Made by a program: the position numbers and the translations under genes
Shown here: piece after piece, positions 10,302 to 18,798 of the stretch
Position numbering within the stretch: position 1 is the first letter of the stretch
Layout: each line of letters opens with the position of its first letter
Assembly: GCA_964619725.1 (NCBI GenBank)
Contig: CAZUFC010000007.1
Location: forward strand, 64,664-128,663
Length of the DNA stretch: 64,000 nucleotides
Source: an uncultured bacterium
GTDB taxonomy: Bacteria; CSSED10-310; CAZUFC01
Direction: 5' to 3'
The notes under the pieces: generated by a model
Told to the model about the DNA's origin: nothing
Database searches by the model: none
The model's input: the letters and a program-made list of their open reading frames with translations, nothing else

Positions 10302-12102
10302 TTTTACCTCCGATAGAGCGGACCATGATCCCGAGCGTTCTGTCGTCTGCTTTCATTTTTTCTTTCGGTACGGTTTTTTCCGCTTCCAGGACAATTTCCA
10401 GAAATTCATCGTTGATTCCGTTCAACGGCACTTCATAGAATCTCCATCCGGGCATCAACGTCACTTTGCTTTCTATTTTGCCGTTAACCTTGATGAGGGC
10501 CTGCTGAGTAGAATCTTCAAAAAACGTATTGAGTTCCAGGTTCAGGTTTGAACCGTTTTGAGGCCGCTTGATAAAGACCACGGCTTTTTTGGCAGTCCAC
10601 CGAAAACCCTCTTCAATGGGTTCGTAATTATACCATCCGCAAAGCAAACCCTTTTCATTTTCTCCCATTCTGATGTGATCTTTTAATTCTTTCCACACAA
10701 AGGGGGCTTTGGCGAGCGTGCGCGGGGGAAGCAACGGATGTCCGCCGTGCCTTTCATAGAACTTCATTTTCACTTCTTCAATAAGAGATTCGATTTCTTT
10801 TTTCGACAGGTCCGGATAAGATAGTACTGACCCGAAATTGCCGTCAAAGTTTTTCCAGTCCTTTGTAACAAACCAGCCGTTTTTTTCAGCTTCCTTCCAG
10901 AATTCGGTTCCCGGAAAAGGTGTAGCGATGGAAAACTGGGCCGTATCCATGCAGAGTTCCGAAGCCAGATCGAGCGTTTGCATGGCCGTCTCCCTGGTTT
11001 CTCCCGGCAAACCGATCATGAACGTACCGTGCACTTTCAATCCCGCTTCTTTGGCGTATTTGAATACCGGCGGCACATCTTTCAGCTTTATGCCTTTCTT
11101 GATTTTCTGCATGAGTTTTTCCGAACCTGTTTCCACGCCGAATTTAATTCTTCTGCAGCCGGCTTCTGCCATAAGTTCCAGAATTTCTTTGTCTACCGTA
11201 TCCACGCGTCCCATGCAGCTCCAGATGATATTGAATTCTCTTTTTATCATCTCATCGCATATCTTTTTCACTCTTGACTTTCCGATAGTGAACGTATCGT
11301 CGTCAAAAAATATTTCACCCGGCTTGTGCTTTTCCAGGCAATGTTCTATCTCATCGGCAATATTTTCAGGAGACCTGGCTCGGAATTTCCTGCCATACAT
11401 CACCTGTGGCCAGGCACAAAAAGTGCACCGGTACGGGCACCCGCGACTCGTAATCATGGTGATCCACGGTAATTTTTCATAAATGGGTTCATGATAGCGT
11501 TCCCAGGGATACAGCTCTCTCGCCGGAAACGGCAAAGAATCAAGATCATTCAAAGGCTCTCTGTCGGGATTTATCCTGACGTCGCCGTTCCTTCGAAGAC
11601 TCAACCCTTCTACAGCATCCAGCGAACCTCCTTCCTCCAACCTCTTAACTATATCCAGTATGGTCATTTCATATTCGCCCCGTATGATGCCGGATATTTC
11701 CGGATTCTCCTGAAGAAGTTTCTTATGATAAACAGAGGCGTGCGGCCCGATCAGAAATATCTTTGCATCAAGATTCTCATCCAAAGCGCGAATGGTCTCG
11801 ACATCATGATCGAAAGAAGGCGTCGCAGTTTCCAGAATGATCACATCAGCATTTATCTCTGCCGTTTTATTCAAGTAATCGGTCAAATCAAGCGCATCGA
11901 CCGCAGCATCTATCACGTCGCAATCATACCCCCGGCTCCGTAATAATGCTGCAGCATAAGCCTGGTACAAAGGAAAATGAAATGAACTTTCCTTGTGATG
12001 ATGATAATCTCGCAAAGGTATGGTAAACGGCCACCTTACGTTGCTGCGAAATCCTATCGATTCTTCTGTGATCCATGGAGGATTCGTGATAAGTATTTTC
12101 AT
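10294..12102 (-). CDS. Cobalamin-binding radical SAM enzyme (HpnJ/BchE-like) with C-terminal accessory domain
   Basis: N-terminal B12-binding-type domain (GPHAS, IRGEYE), TSRGCPYRCTFC (CxxxCxxC), FDDDTF, GVETGS, FMIGLPGET and TPFPGT. Confidence 0.93.
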   Translation of the reverse strand: MKILITNPPWITEESIGFRSNVRWPFTIPLRDYHHHKESSFHFPLYQAYAAALLRSRGYDCDVIDAAVDALDLTDYLNKTAEINADVIILETATPSFDHDVETIRALDENLDAKIFLIGPHASVYHKKLLQENPEISGIIRGEYEMTILDIVKRLEEGGSLDAVEGLSLRRNGDVRINPDREPLNDLDSLPFPARELYPWERYHEPIYEKLPWITMITSRGCPYRCTFCAWPQVMYGRKFRARSPENIADEIEHCLEKHKPGEIFFDDDTFTIGKSRVKKICDEMIKREFNIIWSCMGRVDTVDKEILELMAEAGCRRIKFGVETGSEKLMQKIKKGIKLKDVPPVFKYAKEAGLKVHGTFMIGLPGETRETAMQTLDLASELCMDTAQFSIATPFPGTEFWKEAEKNGWFVTKDWKNFDGNFGSVLSYPDLSKKEIESLIEEVKMKFYERHGGHPLLPPRTLAKAPFVWKELKDHIRMGENEKGLLCGWYNYEPIEEGFRWTAKKAVVFIKRPQNGSNLNLELNTFFEDSTQQALIKVNGKIESKVTLMPGWRFYEVPLNGINDEFLEIVLEAEKTVPKEKMKADDRTLGIMVRSIGGKNA

Positions 12103-12106
12103 TGTT

Positions 12107-13351
12107 TCAGTTCACCCCATCAGTTAATTTTTCGTAAACTTCCCTGACTTTATTGTAGGCGATATCAAAAGTATATTTTTCCAGTACCTTCCGGTGTCCC
12201 CTTTCGCCCATTTTTCTTTGCATTTCTTTATCTTTCAGTAACTTTTGTATCGTTTCCGCGATAAACATTACATTGGCGAAAGGCGCCAGGAAACCGTCGT
12301 AACCGTCTTTTATCAGTTCAGGGACGCCTCCGGCAAAAGCGCCGATAACGGGATTCTTGTAATACCATGCTTCCAGATAACTGACTCCAAAGGAATCGTT
12401 TCTTGAAGGCATGACGAATATGTCGCCGGCGTCCAGAAGGTCTTTTTTCGTCTCATCAGAAGCGTTGGTGATATTTATGACCCGGTTTCGAACAAAATCG
12501 CTCCAACCCTTATTCCATTCAATGAAATCCTGATTTTCCATTCCCAGCAGAACCAGTCTGGCCTGCTCGCCGTGTCGCCATAAATATTCCATAGCTTCCA
12601 CCACATGATTTACCCCTTTATCATGGGTCTTGGTTCCTATATAGAATATGATTTGCCTCGAACCGAGATCATACTCTCTGCGAAACTTTTCTCCGTCGCC
12701 GCCGCAGAGCTTTGCCGGTTCGATGCCCATACCGAACAGACTCATTTTTTCTTTGTCTAACTGCGGATTTAATTCCAAAAGCGATTCCGCCTCTTTCTCA
12801 CTGTGAACGAAAATGTGATCGGCCTGCTGAAGAACGGCAAGCTGAGCCGGGTCCGCATGATGATATCTGATCCCCTTGTCGGCATCTTCTCCGCTGTGAT
12901 GACAGGGGGTAACAACAAAGGGGCAGTCAGAGGTTCTGGCGGCCTTCAAGCCGCTGTAAAGACAGAATCCGTAAGGCAGCAGGCCGGCATGCACGATATC
13001 CCACTCTTTTCTTTTGATTGATTCAAACCACATGCCGGGCACGAAACATGGAGTCGTCATACAGCGGAATTCCTGTGTCGGCATGAATGAACGTAATCTT
13101 TCCATAGTCCTGAAATGGTCCGGCAAAGCCAGAGGCTTAAACCGCCGGACATTCACTCCGTTGATTTTCTCCGATCCGGGCTCAGCATGTCTGGCCTGGT
13201 TTGACCACAGTCTTTCAATATCGAAAGCATCCGTCGTCCAGACAGTTACATCGTGTCCCTCCGATGCCGAACGTTCTGCCATAATCTTGTGTCGATATCC
13301 CGAACCGCATCTCGCCGGATAATAATGATGTACGATTTCCAGTATCTTCAT
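12107..13351 (-). CDS. Glycosyltransferase family 4
   Basis: DKGV and DSFGVSYLEAWYYKNPVIG. Confidence 0.9.
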   Translation of the reverse strand: MKILEIVHHYYPARCGSGYRHKIMAERSASEGHDVTVWTTDAFDIERLWSNQARHAEPGSEKINGVNVRRFKPLALPDHFRTMERLRSFMPTQEFRCMTTPCFVPGMWFESIKRKEWDIVHAGLLPYGFCLYSGLKAARTSDCPFVVTPCHHSGEDADKGIRYHHADPAQLAVLQQADHIFVHSEKEAESLLELNPQLDKEKMSLFGMGIEPAKLCGGDGEKFRREYDLGSRQIIFYIGTKTHDKGVNHVVEAMEYLWRHGEQARLVLLGMENQDFIEWNKGWSDFVRNRVINITNASDETKKDLLDAGDIFVMPSRNDSFGVSYLEAWYYKNPVIGAFAGGVPELIKDGYDGFLAPFANVMFIAETIQKLLKDKEMQRKMGERGHRKVLEKYTFDIAYNKVREVYEKLTDGVN

Positions 13352-13368
13352 GATCGTTTTTACTCCCG

Positions 13369-15267
13369 TCAGGCCGCCTTTGCGCCAGGTTGCCCGCTAA
13401 TATCCGTATATGCCTCTATTTCTATCTTCCTTACTTTCACTCCGAGCGATTCTTGAGAATGAGGATTTGCCTTGAATTCCGGCTCTGCTCTTATTTCGAA
13501 TTCGCCATCGGCACTCTCAATATTACGCCACAAAATCTCATACTCCCGCCATCCTTTTCGCAAACTCAAAACTTGTTCTTCGCCTTTCGTGCTTACAATT
13601 AATTTCTGCGTCAAATCAGGATACAAAGAACTGATCTCCAATTTCATTCGAGCAGCATTTCGATTGTCGGGCAACGACAGCATAAAACTGGCCTTCCTGT
13701 CCGTCCAGCGGGATGAATCACTTCGACTGTAAGCATGCCAGCCGCTTAACAAACCGTTTTCATCCTTTCCGATTAATATCCTGCTCGATACCTTTTTCTT
13801 TTCTGAGGATAGAGGACTTCTGACGAAAACCGAATGCTTCGGCAAAACCGAAACCTCTGAAATTCGAAATGCCGCATCAGTAATCATTCCCGTCTCTTCA
13901 GGACTGTAGAGATTCTCCGCCTTAAATCCTAAAACTCTATCTTCCCCTGAGTCTTTTTCCATCAGACTAGAGGGCAAATCCAACAGATATGTTTTCCACT
14001 CATGCGAAGGTTCAATGCTTCCGATTTCTTTATTGTTTAAATAAACATGCAATTTGTTTTCTCTTATATTCCTGAACGGATTGGAAACCATGACCTGCAA
14101 AATTCCGCCTTCAGGAAAATCGGGAATCGGCAGATATGCTCCCTTACCGATGTACCGGCAAAAAGCGCCTTCACGCCTCAGTCTATACCATCCTTTTCCC
14201 AGCCCCTCATCGCTTATGCCCATCAATCTCCTTCGCGGCGGCGATTTCCCCGCCTGAACAGCAGGCTCTTCGGGCAGTTCGCAGTGTATATCGACTCCCT
14301 TATCCTCTCTTATTAATTGGGAAAATTTTGTTCGTCTCCCCTCACGCAGTTCCTTGAATCGCTTTTTGAACAACGCCGGAACCGACTTCAGCAGTTCCCA
14401 TAACGCGGTCCACTCTACATAAGAAGCCGTGGCATTATTGTGAACCCTGCACGCATCGAACTTCTGCATCTCGCATTTGAATACTTTGTAAGCTATGGTA
14501 TGCATTTTTTTCAGCGGATAGTTCCTCAGTAATATCCAGAACCGGTTTCTTAAATTCAGAAACTCCTTACGCAACCGGTTGGCTCCTTCCCCCATGGTCG
14601 CTGAAAACTTGTGATATACAATCGCTTCCGGCACGTATATTATCTTATATCCCCGGTCCCACAAACGCAGACAAAGGTCCATATCCTCCAGGTAAATGTC
14701 GAAATCGTCAGGCAGCAATCCCGCTTGCCTTAAAGCCTCCGAACGGACGAAAAAAGCCCCGCCGCAGACTCCCGTCACTATGTCTCTCTTCCGGTATTCC
14801 AAACGGTCCTGCCGACCCAGATTCCTGTCCCAACCGTTTCCATACCAGGTCATTTCAACCCCAGTGGAATTAATTATGTTCCTGGTATAAAACATCAACA
14901 TACGCGACGAACAAGCGCCGATGCTTTTATCCTGCTCGGCCGCCCTCGTCAAATGCGTCAGCCAGTCAGGATGAACTTCCGTGTCGTTATTCAGCAATAC
15001 GACATACTCTGCACCGGCTTTTAACGCTCTTTCCATACCTGCATTGTTGCCTCTGCAAAAACCTACGTTTTCAGGCAGAACCTGCAGCTTTACCCAGGGA
15101 TGTTTCTCCCTTATATATTCATTCGAACCATCCGTTGAACCGTTGTCCACGACGAGCGCTTCATAATTCGAATAATTCAAATTCTTTAAAGATTCCAAAC
15201 ATACAGGTAGATGCTCTCTGCCGTTCCAGCTCACTATGATTACCCAAACTGACGGTTCTTTTTTCAT
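13369..15267 (-). CDS. Glycosyltransferase family 2 with two tandem C-terminal accessory domains
   Basis: VDNGSTD, GFCRGNN, LLNND and YLEDMDLCLRL, followed by two GW..R(W/Y)-type domains. Confidence 0.9.
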   Translation of the reverse strand: MKKEPSVWVIIVSWNGREHLPVCLESLKNLNYSNYEALVVDNGSTDGSNEYIREKHPWVKLQVLPENVGFCRGNNAGMERALKAGAEYVVLLNNDTEVHPDWLTHLTRAAEQDKSIGACSSRMLMFYTRNIINSTGVEMTWYGNGWDRNLGRQDRLEYRKRDIVTGVCGGAFFVRSEALRQAGLLPDDFDIYLEDMDLCLRLWDRGYKIIYVPEAIVYHKFSATMGEGANRLRKEFLNLRNRFWILLRNYPLKKMHTIAYKVFKCEMQKFDACRVHNNATASYVEWTALWELLKSVPALFKKRFKELREGRRTKFSQLIREDKGVDIHCELPEEPAVQAGKSPPRRRLMGISDEGLGKGWYRLRREGAFCRYIGKGAYLPIPDFPEGGILQVMVSNPFRNIRENKLHVYLNNKEIGSIEPSHEWKTYLLDLPSSLMEKDSGEDRVLGFKAENLYSPEETGMITDAAFRISEVSVLPKHSVFVRSPLSSEKKKVSSRILIGKDENGLLSGWHAYSRSDSSRWTDRKASFMLSLPDNRNAARMKLEISSLYPDLTQKLIVSTKGEEQVLSLRKGWREYEILWRNIESADGEFEIRAEPEFKANPHSQESLGVKVRKIEIEAYTDISGQPGAKAA

Positions 15268-15380
15268 TTTTTAACATCCCTTATTTGAATTGAATGACAA
15301 CATGACGTCTCATAAGCTTGTTTGGTCATGATTTTTTTCTGTATGCTCCCCGGTCCAGCCGACGCCGCAGTCCCTGAATG

Positions 15381-17909
15381 CTAAGCAACTTTCTTGCCAT
15401 ACTCGCCGCAGGACTCCTGCAAATACACTGAAACGGCCTTCCGCCGGGGATAATATCCCTCCCTCAGAAATAATGTTTCACAATATATCGAATTCGGATT
15501 CCTGACCGATCCCAGGTTAAAAAATACCCAGCTTAAGATATTGTCGATAAATTCTTTTGAAACAAAACCCCTTTTTCGCGTTGATAATATCCTCTCAATG
15601 GTCGTTTCCACTCGTTCAAAATCAATCAGTCCGTATTTCTGATGTTCACGGATGTTTATGTCGTCAATATATTTCAAAACGATATTCTCCGCTCTTCTGT
15701 TTTCTTCTGAATCGATGGGGCCGGTTATGAACACCGCTGCCGAAGCGACTCGAATGAGTTCTTCTACCGCCGCATCACGCAGTTCCACGGGGAGATGCTC
15801 CAGGGTGTCGAGACATGTCACGACTTCGAATGAATCGTCCCTGAATGGAATCCTTTCTGCGCTTCCTATGATGTCAGGTTCATTGCCGATATCTAAACTG
15901 ATCACATTACGCAAGCCGAATTGCTTCAGCAGATTTCCCGCGCCTCCCCCTACGTCCAGAACTCTCACCCCATTCATAGGCAATCTACGGATTCTATCGA
16001 TTGTGTATTCCATCCGCCTGTGACATTCCCAGTAAAAATCCTCGTCAGCCGTCTCAATCCTCAAGACTTTTATTCCCCTGATATGATTATCATGCGGATT
16101 TACGGCTTCCATGTCCGTGACTTCCAGGAAGGCTTCAATCGTTTTTTCGTATGTCGCATCACAGTGGAACTCGAAATGATTCCAACCTTTATGCAGTTCA
16201 ATCTTTTGACTGTATCGCCCCCAATAAACGATGGCCCTTTGAACTCCAGCCGCCCGCACGCTGCCTACGTCCATTTTTAACCTGAAAGGTACGCCCGGTC
16301 GCGGCGTTTTCAGTTCAAATTTAATTCTCCTGCCCGTCCACCGGAACATTTCAACGCGATCGAATCCTTCCCATCCTTCGATCATTCCCGTTTCTTCCAC
16401 ACCAGCTTGAATCACACAAGACATCGGTTTGCCGTCGGAATTCAAACCCCGCCGGAGAAATACGGAATCTTCACTCAAAAGACTTATTTCTGCAAACCTG
16501 TACCCGGCGTAAAACGGCTGCTGAGAAATATCCGGAGGGTAAACGAAATCCGTTACGAATAAGAGGGTATGATTGTTTTTCGGTTTTTCCGGCGAAATCG
16601 CACACGCATTTTCAGGCAACCTGATAATGTAGGAGCCCCAAGTTCTCGCTGCCTTTATTTCTCCGGCCAATTCACCGTTGAAATATATCTCCAGGCGATT
16701 TTCGTTTAAATGATCGAAAGGATTAGAAACCATCAACTGCAAATATTCGCCTTTTATTCCACCTTTGAAAGTGATTTCCGCCTGTCTGCCCAGGTAACGA
16801 CAGAAAGCCCCTTCACGACGCAAAGAATACCATCCCGCTCCCAAACCCTCCTCTTCAATACCCATTAATATCCTTGAATCGCCGCCGACTGCTCCGCTCC
16901 TCGAAATCGAAACAGGAGTCTCCAACTCCCTCTCCAACTTCTCTTTGACGAAACGCCAAATTTTTGACCCGCCGTTCCCCCCTTTTCGCCTTATTCGATA
17001 TCGAAGCAGAGCTCCAATTGACAAAAACGTTGATCTCAGTTCTTCCCATTTCCTTCGCGATTTCTTCGAGTCTCTCTCCCTGGCCGCAGCATCCAGTTTC
17101 GTAACCTCTTCCTGGAATATTTCCACCGCAATCTCCCGCAGCTCTTTCAGAGGATAATTTCGTAAGATAAGCCCCAACCGGTCCTTTATGCTTATCCTTT
17201 CCGGTATCCTTTTACCGGCTTCTTTTTCAAGAACTTCATCACCCCCTTTCATATAAACGACAGCGGAAGGAACATACGCAACTCTATATCCCTCTTCCCA
17301 AAGCCTTAAACATAGATCGACCATTCCGAAACCAAAACTGTGTTCTTCTTCAATGAAACCGGTCTTTTCCAGAGCTTTCGTTTTTAATATGAATATCTCC
17401 TCAGATACTGAAGCAATATCGCACTCTTCATTTTCGGCGCCTTCTATGATCTCGCCGCTGCCGCGTTTTTTTATCGATCCATTGCGATAAATATCGGTTC
17501 CCTGCGAAAAAATTACGCCGCCCGTGTTCTTCATCAGCACGCACGGTCCGCAGGCTGCAACTCGATCGTCCCTCTGGAATGCTTGTAAAACGTTATGCAA
17601 CCAATCCGGGGAAATTTCCAGACGGTTGTCGGCATAAACCACATAATCGAATCCCATTTGCAACGCTCGCTTTAAGCTTTCGTTCAAGGTCCCTTTTGAT
17701 GATGCACATGCGGGGTCAAAGCAGATTCTCGAATTTCTATGCAAAACGCCATTGTCCGGGATTCTTTTCCCCTTCTCCGATATAATCGAAATTTTCCTGT
17801 TCGGATAATCGATCTTCCTCAATGACCGGATCAAATCCGCCGTGTTCTTGTCCTTGCCCCTATTTACAGTCAGAAACCATACCCACGGCTTCTCTGCTTT
17901 TGTGCTCAT
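15381..17909 (-). CDS. Fusion: degenerate GT2 domain, two accessory domains and class I SAM methyltransferase
   Basis: Paralogous to 13369-15267 (DLCLRLW..GY, LRNYPL, GWY.LRREGAFCRY.G). C-terminal VLDVGGGAG...IPFRDDSFEVVTCLDTLEH. Start set at ATG 17909 after a GGGGA RBS. Confidence 0.85.
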   Translation of the reverse strand: MSTKAEKPWVWFLTVNRGKDKNTADLIRSLRKIDYPNRKISIISEKGKRIPDNGVLHRNSRICFDPACASSKGTLNESLKRALQMGFDYVVYADNRLEISPDWLHNVLQAFQRDDRVAACGPCVLMKNTGGVIFSQGTDIYRNGSIKKRGSGEIIEGAENEECDIASVSEEIFILKTKALEKTGFIEEEHSFGFGMVDLCLRLWEEGYRVAYVPSAVVYMKGGDEVLEKEAGKRIPERISIKDRLGLILRNYPLKELREIAVEIFQEEVTKLDAAARERDSKKSRRKWEELRSTFLSIGALLRYRIRRKGGNGGSKIWRFVKEKLERELETPVSISRSGAVGGDSRILMGIEEEGLGAGWYSLRREGAFCRYLGRQAEITFKGGIKGEYLQLMVSNPFDHLNENRLEIYFNGELAGEIKAARTWGSYIIRLPENACAISPEKPKNNHTLLFVTDFVYPPDISQQPFYAGYRFAEISLLSEDSVFLRRGLNSDGKPMSCVIQAGVEETGMIEGWEGFDRVEMFRWTGRRIKFELKTPRPGVPFRLKMDVGSVRAAGVQRAIVYWGRYSQKIELHKGWNHFEFHCDATYEKTIEAFLEVTDMEAVNPHDNHIRGIKVLRIETADEDFYWECHRRMEYTIDRIRRLPMNGVRVLDVGGGAGNLLKQFGLRNVISLDIGNEPDIIGSAERIPFRDDSFEVVTCLDTLEHLPVELRDAAVEELIRVASAAVFITGPIDSEENRRAENIVLKYIDDINIREHQKYGLIDFERVETTIERILSTRKRGFVSKEFIDNILSWVFFNLGSVRNPNSIYCETLFLREGYYPRRKAVSVYLQESCGEYGKKVA

Positions 17910-17996
17910 ATCAGTCCCCGTCAATCACAACAACCGTCGACGAATCGATTATGCCCCCGCTCCCCCGAAGCCGGCGGCAGTCAAAAAAACGTTGAA

Positions 17997-18010
17997 GTCA
18001 AAAAATTGAC
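17997..18010. promoter_or_regulatory. FleQ-like binding box GTCAAAAAATTGAC
   Basis: Extended palindrome AAGTCAA-AAAA-TTGACTT. An identical 14-mer is at 33824. Resembles the Pseudomonas FleQ consensus. Confidence 0.65.
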
Positions 18011-18046
18011 TTTCCTCTTATGGTATGTCGTCCATTTCATGCTTCG

Positions 18047-18667
18047 CTAATCGAATCGGAGTCTCTGAATCCTGATGTTCCCGGTTTCCAGACCCTTTAT
18101 TGATTCGTATATCTCTTTCTGATAGCCCAGCGAAGTTATGATGACCACATCAGGGTCCAGAATCTCAATCTGATCAGGCGACAATATCTGCCGTCCCGAA
18201 AAATAACGTCCCTGCTTTTTCTTATCGCTGTCCACAACGCCTACAACTTTCAATCCCATCTCTTCAACCGCATTTATTATCACTTCCGCCGTGTCCCCGG
18301 CGCCGAACAACACCACACGGCTTAAATTAGTCCTGTTGAAATTCAGAAATATCCTGCTGAATTCCGATTTCGCCTCCTTGTATAAACGAATAGTCTCAAG
18401 CAAATACTCCAGAAATAACTCGTTCTTCCGGTTCATTCCCCTCTTCGTCAGATGATAGGTCCGCGTTTTGTGATTCGATCCGCCGAACTCGATTATCCCA
18501 TCTTCAGAAAGCCTTTTTATATAACGATTAACCATCGACGGCGCCAGATGTATTCGCCGGGCCAGCCTTTCCTGGCTGATCGTCCCGTCGTCCGCTATCA
18601 GCTTCAATAAATTGAGTTCTTTAAGTTTGGGGGCGCCTTGCAGAAATGTTTTGCTTGTGTTAGCCAT
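18047..18667 (-). CDS. MarR-type winged-helix regulator with C-terminal Rossmann-like domain (polysaccharide-locus type)
   Basis: ISQERLARRIHLAPSMVNRYIKRL...YHLTKRG and VVLFGAGDTAE. Start moved to ATG 18667, downstream of the sigma54 promoter. Confidence 0.85.
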   Translation of the reverse strand: MANTSKTFLQGAPKLKELNLLKLIADDGTISQERLARRIHLAPSMVNRYIKRLSEDGIIEFGGSNHKTRTYHLTKRGMNRKNELFLEYLLETIRLYKEAKSEFSRIFLNFNRTNLSRVVLFGAGDTAEVIINAVEEMGLKVVGVVDSDKKKQGRYFSGRQILSPDQIEILDPDVVIITSLGYQKEIYESIKGLETGNIRIQRLRFD

Positions 18668-18720
18668 ATTGTGTGCTTCCCGGTCAAATTCCGTCCTCTT
18701 TTGGACAGAACATATCATGA

Positions 18721-18736
18721 GGCAAATTTCATGCCG
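18721..18736 (-). promoter_or_regulatory. Sigma54 -24/-12 promoter for the MarR/glycosyltransferase cluster
   Basis: Minus strand reads CGGCATGAAATTTGCC (GG-N10-GC). Confidence 0.7.
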
Positions 18737-18751
18737 GATTCTCGGTTCCTT

Positions 18752-18767
18752 CGGCATAATATTTGCT
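18752..18767 (+). promoter_or_regulatory. Sigma54 -24/-12 promoter for the TPR gene
   Basis: CGGCATAATATTTGCT (GG-N10-GC). Confidence 0.7.
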
Positions 18768-18798
18768 CCCTCCTCTCCGGGTGACTGGAGAACCGACT

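Noticed and set aside
18668-18798. Longer ORF starts at 18757 (minus) and 18763 (plus)
   Set aside because: They overlap the two sigma54 motifs; downstream ATGs with RBS are more plausible.
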